This document shows positions 39,752-50,739 of a stretch of 64,000 bases of DNA, piece after piece (the stretch's first letter is position 1; each line of letters begins with the position of its first letter). The stretch spans positions 806,001 through 870,000 of the forward strand of contig SMSO01000035.1 of the NCBI GenBank assembly GCA_004764695.1, in the 5' to 3' direction. A program made the translations under genes and the position numbers. The notes under the pieces were generated by a model. It was not told where the DNA came from. It searched no databases and was given only the letters and a program-made list of their open reading frames with translations. This DNA comes from Schizochytrium sp. TIO01. Lineage: Eukaryota > Protista > Bigyra: Labyrinthulomycetes.

Positions 39752-41393
39752 ATGGAAGGTAACATGTCGCACGCTCGCGTGTACGCAGATGTGAATGTCC
39801 ACAGGCCCAAGAGCTACTGGGACTATGACTCGCTGACAGTAACCTGGGGCAACCAGGATGACTACGAGGTGGTCAAGAAGATCGGTCGTGGAAAGTACTC
39901 CGAGGTCTTTGATGGCTACAATGTGCGCAACAAGCAGCGCTGCGTCGTCAAGATTCTCAAGCCGGTCAAGAAGAAGAAGATCAAGCGAGAGATTAAGATT
40001 TTGCAAAACCTCTGCGGTGGGCCCAACATTGTCAAGCTCTACGACGTTGTCCGTGATCTTCAGAGCAAGACCCCCAGTCTCATCTTCGAACACGTCGACA
40101 ACGTAGACTTTAAGATCCTCTACCCAACGCTTACAGACTATGACATCCGATACTACATCCGACAGGTACGTTTATTTTATCCATTTTATAATAGCATCCG
40201 AAGAGCTTATGCGATGACGAGTAGCACCATTCGTCGCATATGTATCAACGTTGTCTTCTTTTTGTTAAATTTGCAGTTTCTCTATTATGCTTTCGTTAAA
40301 GAGCGTCTCGACTAACTTTCGCACAACTGCTTGCATCCCTATGCGTATTTGATCACATGACTTCACCTGGCGGATATTTTGGTGTTTACACTCCTGCATA
40401 ACCCTCCGGGATTTTCTGTGCTCTATGTTTCTTACTTTCACTATATTTTTCGTGGGGATGGATAACATTTTGAAAAAAAAAACAAAAAAACACAGGTACT
40501 CCTCGCTCTCGACTTCGCGCACTCGAACGGTATCATGCACAGAGACATCAAGCCGCATAACATTATGATTGACGCTGCCCGCCGTCGGTTACGCGTGATC
40601 GACTGGGGCCTCGCAGAGTTTTACCACCCTGGCCGGGAATACAATGTTCGTGTGGCCTCTCGTTATTTCAAGGGTCCAGAGCTCCTTGTTGAGTACCTAG
40701 AGTATGACTACTCACTCGACATGTGGTCCCTTGGCTGCATGTTTGCTGGCATGATCTTCCGCCGCGAGCCCTTCTTCCACGGTGCTGATAATTACGATCA
40801 GCTTGTGAAAATCGCCAAGGTGCTTGGCACTGGTACGTTCTATCAAATTTTCTGATCTTGCCCCCCCCCCCGCCCCCCGTCTCAATTGTTTAGAATGTGA
40901 TTTATATCTTCTGACAACTAGACACATCCAATCTGTCAACTCTAAATCTCACGTTGCTTTTGCCTGTTTGGAGGATCGAAAGTGAGCATTCAAATGACTA
41001 ACTAACTGTAAAAACCCTATTGTGGTTTCCTCTTCTTCTAATCGTTCTGTGTCAACAACAGATGAGCTCCTTCAATACTTGGAGCGCTACGACTTGGAGC
41101 TCGACCCGCACTTTGACGGTATCCTTGGACGCCACTCAAAGAAGCCCTGGTCCAAGTTCACAAACCAAGACAACCAGCACCTTGTTTCCCCGGAGGCCCT
41201 GGACTTTCTGTCCAAGCTGCTGCGCTACGACCACCAGGAGCGTCTTACCGCCAAGGAGGCTATGGCGCACCCCTACTTTGCACCTGTGTCTCAGCACGAG
41301 GCTACCACCTCGGGATCACCCGAAGGCGCAGGAGACGCTCAGGGAACCTCAGCTGCATCTGCTGCGTCGAGCGCCACCTCAGCGAACGAGTAA
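39752..41393 (+). CDS. CSNK2A: Casein kinase II alpha subunit; exons 39752-40165, 40496-40832, 41062-41393
   Basis: [52 protein letters not shown]. Introns 40166-40495 and 40833-41061 are GTACGT...CAG, and splicing keeps the frame (IRYYIRQ|VLLALDF; VLGT(D)ELLQY). The start could be ATG 39764 instead. Confidence 0.96.
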
Positions 41394-42488
41394 GAGAATT
41401 ACCCAACCATCAAAGGTTGGAAGGCTAGAAAAGATACGCCTATTGGGTGACGCTCCAATTAAATTTGCGCGTAACGAGGATGAAATGTGCTCCTATGTGC
41501 ACCTAAGTCCCTGTCACGCTGAATTTTGAATTACCTCTTCATTATCATCTCCCCAGAGGGCCCCCTCCCCTCTTTCATCTTTAGCCTCATTTTCTGCTCG
41601 TTCATTGTTTGTGGCTTTCAAGAGATAGCACAACGACACTGACGCGCGGTGCATACTTTTTTTCCTACCGTCAACCTCATGTACCACGTGTGCACGCAAA
41701 CAGGCCGTTTCATTCATGCCAAGTAAGCCTGTCAGCACCCATACCAAGCAAAAAATCGTAAAACATTAAAGCTAAGAATTAACAGTGAACAACATAACCT
41801 TGCGCATCTTATTCGGCCAGTCATACAGTTATGGTCTGAACTTTTTTTTTCAAATCCCTTCTTAGAGTTCACCTTCATCAAAGTGGTCTCCAAGGACTCT
41901 GAAGCGAAGCATTATACTAGATTTTGGCATATCAGACCTACAAAGTCTAGTAGCTGTCTTTAATAGCAAGTTTAGTAAAATGGGCAAGACCATTCATTAT
42001 ATCGTGAATGCGAGGAAATAATTTAGAACTGAGCAAAACGCCAGGAATCGATGAACTATACGAGCAGAACCAAACCCATCCCAATATATCTAGCAAGCCT
42101 TCGCTGGAGTTCCTCCTCCGATTTGAAATAAAATTTACTTACTAAACCTTCACGAGCCAGATCATGTTCAGAGCCATGCGTTACCATCTCTGAAAAGAAA
42201 AAGTAAGCCTCGCAAAAGGCTAAGTTTAAAATTTTATCGTCCATGTCCAGATAGGGAATGAAGCTATTGCAAGATGGAGAAAGAACACAAGGAAACAAAG
42301 CTTATCGATAGCTGATTTCAACAACGAAGGTGTTGACAGCAGGCAGCTACAAGAACAAACCTAGAAAGAGACAAAAAAATGTGTGAAGGGAAGGGAGGGG
42401 AACGAAAGGAGACTGAAAGCTGACAACAGTCAAAATATCAAAAAAGGAAGGGGATAAGGGTTTATGAAGTTTTGTCAGAGAGGCACAC

Positions 42489-44129
42489 TTACTTGCGGGC
42501 GCGGACCTGGTGGGCAGCGCGCTTGGCCTTGGCAGCCTTCTCCTCGATAATGCTGAGCTTAATACCCTTGCCCTTGGGGAGGGTGATAGCCGGGCGGTTC
42601 TCGTTACCGATGACAAAGGAAGCACTGAGACGGGTAGCGAAAACGTGGCCGCGGGAGTCCTTCACATAGATAATATCGAAGGAACCCTGGTGGACCTCGC
42701 GGGACTGAAGGACACCAACACGACCAGCGTTCTTACCGCGGGTGATCATGACAAGCTGGCCAATATCGAACTTGAAGATCTCAGTGATCTTGCCAGACTC
42801 GAGGTCGTACTTGATGGTGTCGTTGACCTTGATGAGAGGGTCAGGGTAGCGGATGGTGCGGCCATCGTGGGTGGTGATCATGGGGACCTTGTTGGCGCCG
42901 ACGCGGACAGCGGTGACCTTGCAGAGCTTGAACTTGGCCTCAGCATCGTCAACCGGGGTGAGGGAGAAGCGGCCCTTGGTGTCGTACAAGAGGCGGAACT
43001 TCTCCTTGGTCTTGTCGATGGTGACAACATCCATGAGACCAGTGGGGAAGCGGGGGTCAGTGCGGACCTTGCCGTCAACCTTCACAAGGCGGCGCATGCA
43101 AATAGAGAGAGCCTCCTGGCCGGTCAAAGCGTACTTGAGACGCTGACGGAGGATGAGGACAACCGGGAGGGAGTCACGGAGGGCGTGGGGGCCGGTGCTG
43201 GAGCGGGGGGCCCAGATACCGCCCAACTTGTCGAGCATCCAGTGCTTGGGGGCATTGAGCCGCTTAAGGTGCTTCTTGGGGCCGCGAGCCTGTTATTTAT
43301 TTCACATTCGAACATATCACCAGATCGTTAGTTTACCATTTATTTAAACTCTCCACAGACCTAGACACCAAATATCTATTTGGCTAAGACTGTTGATTTG
43401 TGCAGCACAGATTTAAGATCTCATACAGATAAGATCCCTCTGTTTGTATAGACCTAACGGACCAATAGACAAAACGGATGAGACTTTCTCAACTCTATAT
43501 TCACTTCTTTCTATAAACACGACGTATCATGATCTCACAAACTTCATCGAGAGGGTATCGAGATGCAAGAAGAAGACTCAAGAGTGCCCGTAGGGAGAGT
43601 AACCCTACATGGAAGAAGGAAAGCATCTTCAACTCAAGCTCTCAAGGCATTCATTCTAACACTTTATGCAGACTCGCAAAACTTGCAAAATCTACGTGTC
43701 ACTGCCAATGCTCCTATATGATAGACCTCAACATCAAAGGACACTGTCGCGAGCTGGTATAGCCGAGTGTCTCTTGATGGCCAGTCATTCTCTGTCTTCA
43801 TTCGCTATGCATTCAATCAGTCATAGTTGAATAGACTTGGTTTTCATACATAAGGCCTCGACAAGACAAGTTTCGTAAAGTTGTGATCCCCGCGGGCAAT
43901 CTCTTTCGCTCCCTAAGAGAAGCCTCCGGCCACTGCAGTGATTGTCGCTGTCCAAAGATGTGAAGAGTATATAGAAGAGGAGTCAAGTCCTCATCCGCCG
44001 ATTGGCCATCTTCATGCCGCCGCATGAGTTCATCCAGCCTAACTGCGCAGCAGCAGAAAGACAGACCTCTCTGTCCTCTGCCGCTACGCAGCCTGTGGGC
44101 CGCGCCGCCAACACGCTGCCACTTACCAT
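42489..44129 (-). CDS. RPS4: 40S ribosomal protein S4 (eS4); exon 1 is the ATG only (44127-44129), exon 2 is 42489-43289
   Basis: ATG|GTAAGT donor at 44126 and AACAG| acceptor at 43290 give [22 protein letters not shown]..., in frame with the 249-aa ORF; 837-bp intron. Confidence 0.95.
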
Positions 44130-44271
44130 GGTGCCTGAGTGCTGCCGGTGCTGCTAACTCGGTGCTCCTACGCTGGTTGTTTACTTGCTTCTCGCTCCCT
44201 CTTCTCTCGCGCCCCCGCCTCCCCCAATGATTCCCCGCGTTACCCACCTCCTTCGCGGCCACTCTTTAAGT

Positions 44272-44304
44272 TGTGACTCTGGGGTCCCACTGTAACCCTA
44301 CCCT
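44272..44304 (-). promoter_or_regulatory. Homol-E (AGGGTAGGGT) + Homol-D-like (GAGTCACA) motif pair upstream of RPS4
   Basis: Minus strand reads AGGGTAGGGT-N15-GAGTCACA, ending about 143 bp before the RPS4 ATG; function inferred from S. pombe ribosomal protein promoters. Confidence 0.5.
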
Positions 44305-46298
44305 AGTTTGGAGAATAAGGCTTGCTGGCGTGCGAGCAGGCGCAGTATAAGGCGGCGGTGGGCCGGCTGGGTCCTATACTTGGTACTTGTACTAAAAAGT
44401 GGTTTGTGAGGGTACTATCTCCAGAAGTGGGACCCAGGAATGGGTGGAGCATGGGGATATGGAAGCATTTAACGGGTGTTATGGAGAAGGTGAATGGCTA
44501 TGGGCAAAAGCCTGAAGAACTTGGAGAGTTGAGACTTGAGTGGTACTGGCACACCACAAGGCAAGAACTGTGCTCAATTTTGGGTTCTTAGAATTTGGCA
44601 GTCTATGCTCCGTGGATAGCCCATCTAAATCAGCGAAGAATTATGGGAAGGTAGCCGAGACGTTGAACGTGTATAGCGGAATGGAACTTAGGTTAGATAT
44701 TTTTCGCTAGCTTTGCATGGGAATTTATTCTTCTGGTTACTTTGGCAGAAGCGCATGGAATCGATAATATTGTTGAAAAGAGGAGAGTGTCTGTTTCGGT
44801 TCTTTGCTTCTGCTGTGTGTGGTGTGTGTTTTAGCTGGTCATCTCAAGTTGAGGTTTCTCATGAAATGTTTCTTGCTGGGGTCTGGATAGGTGGTGTCTT
44901 AAAATAGGCACTTTTCGTAAAGGAAACTGGAGGAAAGTACATTAGTCCTGGCCAAACTGAAACTAGTCGCTCTTACTGGCCAAGGCAGGTGGTAGCTAGA
45001 TCTCGTTTGAATGTATTGAGTAATTGTTTTGGCTTTAGTTTTTTACTCGAGTTAAAAGAATTTAAATCTGTATCTTTGACTAGCGAGAGTGTAGTGGAAT
45101 GTATACATGAAGGTCTTTAAAGATTTTAGAAATATATAAAGTACAGTAGGTGATCTTATAACTATTACAAGCCCAAGGTGTTGTTTACTTGGGGAATCAA
45201 GATACTGTAGATAATAAGAATATTACATTTCACGTTATCTAAACACCTAAACACGACTATTGTATTGTCAACTTGATGATTTGAGTTCATAGATATTTCA
45301 CTATCAGCATCCATAGCATTTGCATAAGCCTAATTACTTCAAAGAAGTCAGAGGTGACCTGCACTTCAGGACTTGACAAACAAGCTGGCTAAAGCAGGCA
45401 CCCTGGTCTGGATAATTAAGGTCGTGATGCATGATCTGAAGTACAAAAGACAACCAACATGTTTGTATAAGAATCAGTAGCTGATCTCTCTAGATTCTCT
45501 GTTTGCTATTTATTGAAATTTATATAAGAAACTGAACTTGAATTTACCTGCATCTGAACTACGCTTGTGTTAAACTTCATGGCTATTGGGTGTTCATTTG
45601 CATTATGCTTAGGAAGATAGGCACGAGTGTTCAATGCAAGCCTTTGAAAAGGCTTGCAGCACTAGTGTTTTCTGGTGAATGTGTACCCATTCTGCAGCAT
45701 AAAAACTTTTAGATGACTCTTTGTACTGGTTTGTATGCATGCTGTTCGTGATTATGGTGATAATGACCACAAATTATATGTAGTGAGCAATGCGGAAGCG
45801 ATAAATTTGAAGATTACTTTTTCTTGTTTTTTCCTTTTTCGGAGAGATTTGAGATCTCCGAGATAAGTCATACATATCTTTTAGAGGCAGGTAACCACAT
45901 TTTAAATTTTAAGAAAAATTAAAAAAGGTCCTTGCCTAAAGCTTTCATTCGCACTGGGTTCACCGTCCTCTCTAGCACGTGTATGTAAGGGTAGGGTAGT
46001 GATCCTTACTCACAAAATGTACGTCAGAAAACTCACATCATGACTTCGAAGGATGAGTGTTGTGGCCCAAGAGACTCCGGTGGCATAGTGATTTGCACAA
46101 TTGACTCCGTAATCTCCGTGTCCAGAAAGGCTCGAGAATCGTTTTATGACAGTTTTCTAATTTATATTCGATGGTCTTTGAAAGAGAGTTGTTGCTGCAG
46201 GCTATATTCTGAGTTTTTAAAGAAGGGTTTCTGACAGGACTGAGACAGCAGAGACCTACAGGCGTTTCGACGTACAGGAGGTTCTGACCTCTCGTTAC

Positions 46299-47144
46299 TT
46301 AGAAGTTGTCCTTCGCCTTGCGAAGCTCCGCGAAGCGCTCAAGATTTTCAGCCCGGAGGAACGGGTTAAACTTGAGCTCTTCTGCAAGCGTTGTCGGCAC
46401 GGTCGGCTCGCGAGCTGTGACCTTGGCTTTAAGGTGTTCTACGTGGGCACGAAGATCCGCGTTATCAGGATCAGCCCAAAGAGCGAACTTTGCATTTGAT
46501 GCTGAATACTCATGAGCAGAGAAGATAAGCGTGTCCCCTGGTAATGCTGTGAGACGACGCAATGTCTCATAGGCATCTTGAAACGTTCCCTCGAAAACAC
46601 GACCACAACCCAGAGGAAAGATCGAGTCTCCAGGAAAGAGCACCTTGGACTTTGTGAAGTAGTAGGCCACATGGCCCTTAGTGTGACCACAAACATTGAT
46701 GACTTGGACAATCTCATCGCCAAGATCTAACTCATCTCCAGGCTTTACTGTGGCCGTGAGTTTAGGAATTCGCTTGGCCTCAGAGTCAGGTCCTAAAATT
46801 CGGACATTTGCGCCAAAATGGGCTACAGCATCTTCATTCCCTTCTACATGATCTCCATGGTGATGTGTATTGAGAATGACGTCAAGTGAGCGCCCTTCAA
46901 GAGCAGTCAAAAGGGGTTTCCACTCAGGAGTGTCTACTGCAATTGTTTCTCCACTCGTGCCGCTAGTCACCAGGAAGCCAAAGTTGTCTTGACGAGCTCC
47001 ATAGGTGGTGATCTCGAGTCCTGTCTCCTTCACGCGGGTTCTTCGCGTGGACACCCAGGAATTCGTGGGTTGGCCCTGCGAGACGCTGTGGAAACAACGC
47101 CGCACAGATCGAAGCGCGCGGGCTGTTCGAGCTGCTGCAAACAT
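46299..47144 (-). CDS. GLO2: Hydroxyacylglutathione hydrolase (glyoxalase II), probably mitochondrial
   Basis: 281 aa; THHHGDHVEGN, GHTKGH, FPGDSIFPLGCGRVFEG, AHEY, TVPTTLAEE..NPFLR and LRKAKDNF motifs; Arg-rich presequence. Confidence 0.95.
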   Translation of the reverse strand: MFAAARTARALRSVRRCFHSVSQGQPTNSWVSTRRTRVKETGLEITTYGARQDNFGFLVTSGTSGETIAVDTPEWKPLLTALEGRSLDVILNTHHHGDHVEGNEDAVAHFGANVRILGPDSEAKRIPKLTATVKPGDELDLGDEIVQVINVCGHTKGHVAYYFTKSKVLFPGDSIFPLGCGRVFEGTFQDAYETLRRLTALPGDTLIFSAHEYSASNAKFALWADPDNADLRAHVEHLKAKVTAREPTVPTTLAEELKFNPFLRAENLERFAELRKAKDNF

Positions 47145-47521
47145 GATCTTGCAATGTCAACCTTGACGCTTCTTGCAGCTCTGCTCTCTTTCCTGGAGAA
47201 CAAAATATCGTCTTGGCATGCTACCTTTATAGTAACTAGGTACTACTAGGCAGCGAAGACAGTCATAATGATAGCAATACTTCTGAAGCTGATCTGCTTC
47301 TCCAGACTTTTAAGCTGTTGAGGCTGAGGATTCACACTCGAAACGAGTGAAAGGGAGTCACAAATGTCAGGAATATTGTTATTGAAGCTGATCAAATCTA
47401 TTAGTTTCCGCCAAAATACAAAGATAGAGATCCTGCAGTACATAAACAATAGGTAGGTAGGTAGCAGCTAATAGTACCTACTCTTACGATCTATCAGGTT
47501 AGTCACTTCCCTAGTCTCCCT

Positions 47522-48186
47522 AGTCTTAGGTTCAACATAGCAGTCCAACATTGTTTGGACACCACATGGTGGACACCTTCAGTGTCCAGTGGACTTGCCC
47601 TTTTTTCAGGAATTACGTCTGCATTTCATTGCTTCTATGCATGCCTTATTCGCATCGGAAACACCGGCTCCATGAGCCTTTTAGAATACTCTTGAACCGC
47701 ATCTATCATGGCTGTCATTATTGCAGTCTTATGCAGAATAGTTGACATTTTCACTCTTACCAATATATCCGGTCTCATGATGACAACGATGGTGTTTGGG
47801 TATCTGGAAGATATCCTCCCGTTATCAGGCGATACATGATAAGACTATTCTGGCTCGGTTGCACTCCTTACCTTTTTGCATGGGTTATGATTAGCTGGCT
47901 TTTCTTTGTAGAAATCAATCATGACGTGCCACAATTTGTCGTCGCCATTTTTTTAATTGAATTCTTCATGTTTTCATGCTTTGCGTTAGTACAGTATATT
48001 TATGTGGTGAGAGAAGAACGTTTTCTAACTAAAAAGGAAGTGCCTACTATGGATGGATGGTACAACCTTTTGTCACTGACCTCGAAGTTGCTTTTAGTTT
48101 GGATATGCTTTGGCGGAATCGAGTCAATTTTTAAACGATTAGTAAGACGCTCCTCTTTGTATTTTTCTTGCCGCGTTTGCCCATAA
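47522..48186 (+). pseudogene. Heliorhodopsin pseudogene (5'-truncated, one stop, one frameshift)
   Basis: Manual translation gives LALFSGITSAFHCFYA...LLEYS*TASIMAVIIAVLCRIVDIFTL...MTTMVFGYLED (TGA at 47693-47695). After a frameshift near 47835, ORF 47836-48186 gives VPQFVVAIFLIEFFMFSCFALVQY and YNLLSLTSKLLLVW (retinal-binding Lys motif). Confidence 0.88.
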
Positions 48187-48799
48187 TCTCTCATTTTAAA
48201 TAAATTGACTCCACGCGCATCAGAGTAGTCCACTTGCCCTTTGAGTGCAGCTTCTGAAGCTCCTTTAACTTCCTTTTCCAGGCTTTCATATCGAGAGTTC
48301 GGGTTGAAACGGATAATCACCAAAGGCTTTACACTTCTTCCGTTACCAATTAACTGATCATGAATTTCCTGCAATCTTTTCATTTCACATGCTATGTCAT
48401 AACCACTGGGACTTTCTTCATCGCTTTCGACCACAATATAATAGGGTAAGTCTTATCTGAAAAAACAAAGCCAGCACGCCGACGGTTTACTACCTTACAG
48501 GCACTGTCTCTGATGATGCGATCATGGATCGAAGGGTGAAATCACTAAGAATGAAAATGCTCGTTCCACTCATTTTCTAATCTCATCTGACGTTCCTCTC
48601 TCCTTTCACACGTCCAACAAATACGAATACTATGGGAAAGTCTACAATTCGATAAAATACGCCCACACTTACGTTCACAAATGTTTTTGGAATCAGGCTC
48701 TCAAATAAAGCAATAAGTACGGCGCCTCTTGTGGATACAAATATAGGTGCCGTCGCAATCTATACGCCGGTTAGATTTTCGCCCATGTCCAAAATACAT
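48000..48799 (-). pseudogene. Zn-ribbon + PD-(D/E)xK endonuclease pseudogene of the type common in giant DNA viruses
   Basis: From ATG 48799: HGRKSNRRIDCDGTYICIHKRRRTYCFI*...CERKC...CWTC...**...RRRAGFVF, then a frameshift into YYIVVESDE..Y...CEMKRLQEI...PLVIIRFNP. Confidence 0.72.
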
Positions 48800-49086
48800 T
48801 CTTCTGTTTTGTCCAGCTTGACTCGTACCCCCTACCACTCAGAGAACATTTATAAATAGTCTTAGCGTTGCCACATACACGGATAACAGAATCTACCACT
48901 TTATTTCTTTTCTTTGGCTTAGATTGTTTTTTGTTTTTTTAATCTAATTCATAAACACGAGTACTCCTTAGTCTCATGATCATATTTTTATTATTATTTT
49001 CTTTCACACTATTAAGGGTTTAGTTATTGAAGGTTTCGCAATAAATAGATTATCAACGCTAATCCTAGTTTGTTTATTACATTTAC

Positions 49087-49272
49087 ATGTCGAACAATAC
49101 AACTACTACAGTCAAGGAGGATGTAAGATTTTTAGGATTAGACAGAGGAGGTTTGGCAATTCTGTTATTCTTTATACTGATTTTATTCATCCTCGCACAC
49201 ACCTTTCTAAAAAAGGAAAAAGCCACGGTCTCTACTACCAAAACGCACTCGCCTACCGTTGTAGTAATATAA
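49087..49272 (+). CDS. Small single-pass membrane protein, unknown function
   Basis: 61-aa ORF with ATG start, one strong TM helix (LAILLFFILILFILA) followed by KKEK; ends 32 bp before the resolvase. Confidence 0.55.
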   Translation: MSNNTTTTVKEDVRFLGLDRGGLAILLFFILILFILAHTFLKKEKATVSTTKTHSPTVVVI

Positions 49273-49304
49273 CAATAACGAAATATTATTATTTAATAGT
49301 AAAC

Positions 49305-49916
49305 ATGAACCTTACTCGAGTCGCTGGAATAGATGTGGGATTTAGCCATCTTGCCTGTGTGTTTGCAGACATTGACAATGACACATTTGAAATCATGCCC
49401 ATCTACGCACACATGCAAGACCTCCGCAATCTTAAATGTGAAAAACCCAAAGCATGCTCTTTCGAAGAAAAGGATCGCAAAGGCGCACATCTGGTTCACC
49501 ATTTTATAGAACTGCTTCGACCATGGTTTCAAAAATTAGACCATGTCATCATCGAAGCGCAACCCACCACAAGTATTCACAAATGCATTGAACAGCTTAT
49601 TCATGCTTCCCTAAAGAAAAGATTTGGGGCAAGAAAAGGATCATCTTTTGTCCGATTGATCTCACCACGCTCCATGCATGCATATTTTAAAATATCACAA
49701 TCTAAAGTTGAAAGGCGTTTACAGGTCGTGGAAATCACTTCAAACCTTTTGCACAATTTACTAGCCTTTAGAAAAGCAGTTCAAAAAGACCACCTCGGCG
49801 ACGCTATGGCATACATTATGTTCTATGCACAAACAATATTACCTACCATCATCCTCGCGAAGGAAGTCAACCCTTTCACAAAATATGCTCTTGCAGAAGA
49901 AGACATGTTCAATTAA
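49305..49916 (+). CDS. Holliday junction resolvase, RuvC/poxvirus A22-like viral type
   Basis: 203-aa uninterrupted ORF; VAGIDVG.SHLA, VIIEAQP, ISPRS and KDHLGDA match the RNase H-fold catalytic motifs. Confidence 0.85.
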   Translation: MNLTRVAGIDVGFSHLACVFADIDNDTFEIMPIYAHMQDLRNLKCEKPKACSFEEKDRKGAHLVHHFIELLRPWFQKLDHVIIEAQPTTSIHKCIEQLIHASLKKRFGARKGSSFVRLISPRSMHAYFKISQSKVERRLQVVEITSNLLHNLLAFRKAVQKDHLGDAMAYIMFYAQTILPTIILAKEVNPFTKYALAEEDMFN

Positions 49917-49929
49917 AAACAACGAATAA

Positions 49930-50585
49930 TAAACATGTTGCACATGTTTAGCAAATACTCTCGACTTAGGCGATCAAAGGAGAATTGAAGATCGATCCTC
50001 TACTTCTAGCGCTCTTATCTTCTCCCGTCTCCCTGCACCGAAATAAAACTTCCTGCAGAACTCAATCAAACGATCGATCAAGGTCTACTGAGAGGGCCGA
50101 TCTTCAATTCTCTTCTCCTGCCTAGCACTGCCTGCACAACTCGCGACTTACGATTGATCAAGGTCTACTGAGAGGATTGATCTTCTCTTCTCCAACCTAC
50201 CGGCACGAGCCAGCACAACCTGTACAACCCTCGACTTACGCACTCAAACGATGCATGGAAAGTTGTCCTTGGCCTTGGCGAGCGAGGGTATCGATCTTAC
50301 CCACTTGCATCGAATCATCACAACGTTTGACTTGCAAGATCGAACAGTGGAGGGAGAGATGGGTGGAATGAGCGCGTGCGCGTGCGCGCACACGGCATAC
50401 GGCGCGTGCGAGGAGAGAAATAGATTCGTGGACGCTGCGGCCACGCCACCAGCCACGGCATCAAAGTTATGCAAACGAGCACAGCAAACTTTACTTCGCG
50501 GATTATGGGTTTCGCAAAATACTAGCACTTATGAAAGATAACTACATTTTATTCTTGATTAAAAAAGAATACATCATGTTTAGCA
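49930..50585. repeat. Structured non-coding module: hairpin, inverted repeat and direct repeats
   Basis: TAAACATGT-tgc-ACATGTTTA (49930-49950); inverted repeat 49980-49994/50098-50112; 20-bp direct repeats at 50076 and 50156; CATGTTTAGCA at 49943 and 50575. Confidence 0.75.
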
Positions 50586-50739
50586 TACTATTGCACCTAT
50601 ATAGATCGATGCAATTTGTAATGGTGTGTGTAAGAAACAAATAAATAAGTAAGAATATCTATTAGTAAGATTCATTAGTAAATCAAGTATAAACAATAGA
50701 GGAAGCATCCAAACCTAGTTGTCAACAGCAGCAAAACCC

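Noticed and set aside
43290-44126. Possible intronic snoRNA in the RPS4 intron
   Set aside because: No convincing box C (RTGATGA) / box D pair with terminal stem seen; an Infernal/snoscan search is needed.
49305-49916. RuvC-like ORF as a Fanzor/TnpB or transposase
   Set aside because: Only 203 aa, with no Zn finger or REC/WED-sized region; motif spacing fits a stand-alone A22/RuvC resolvase.
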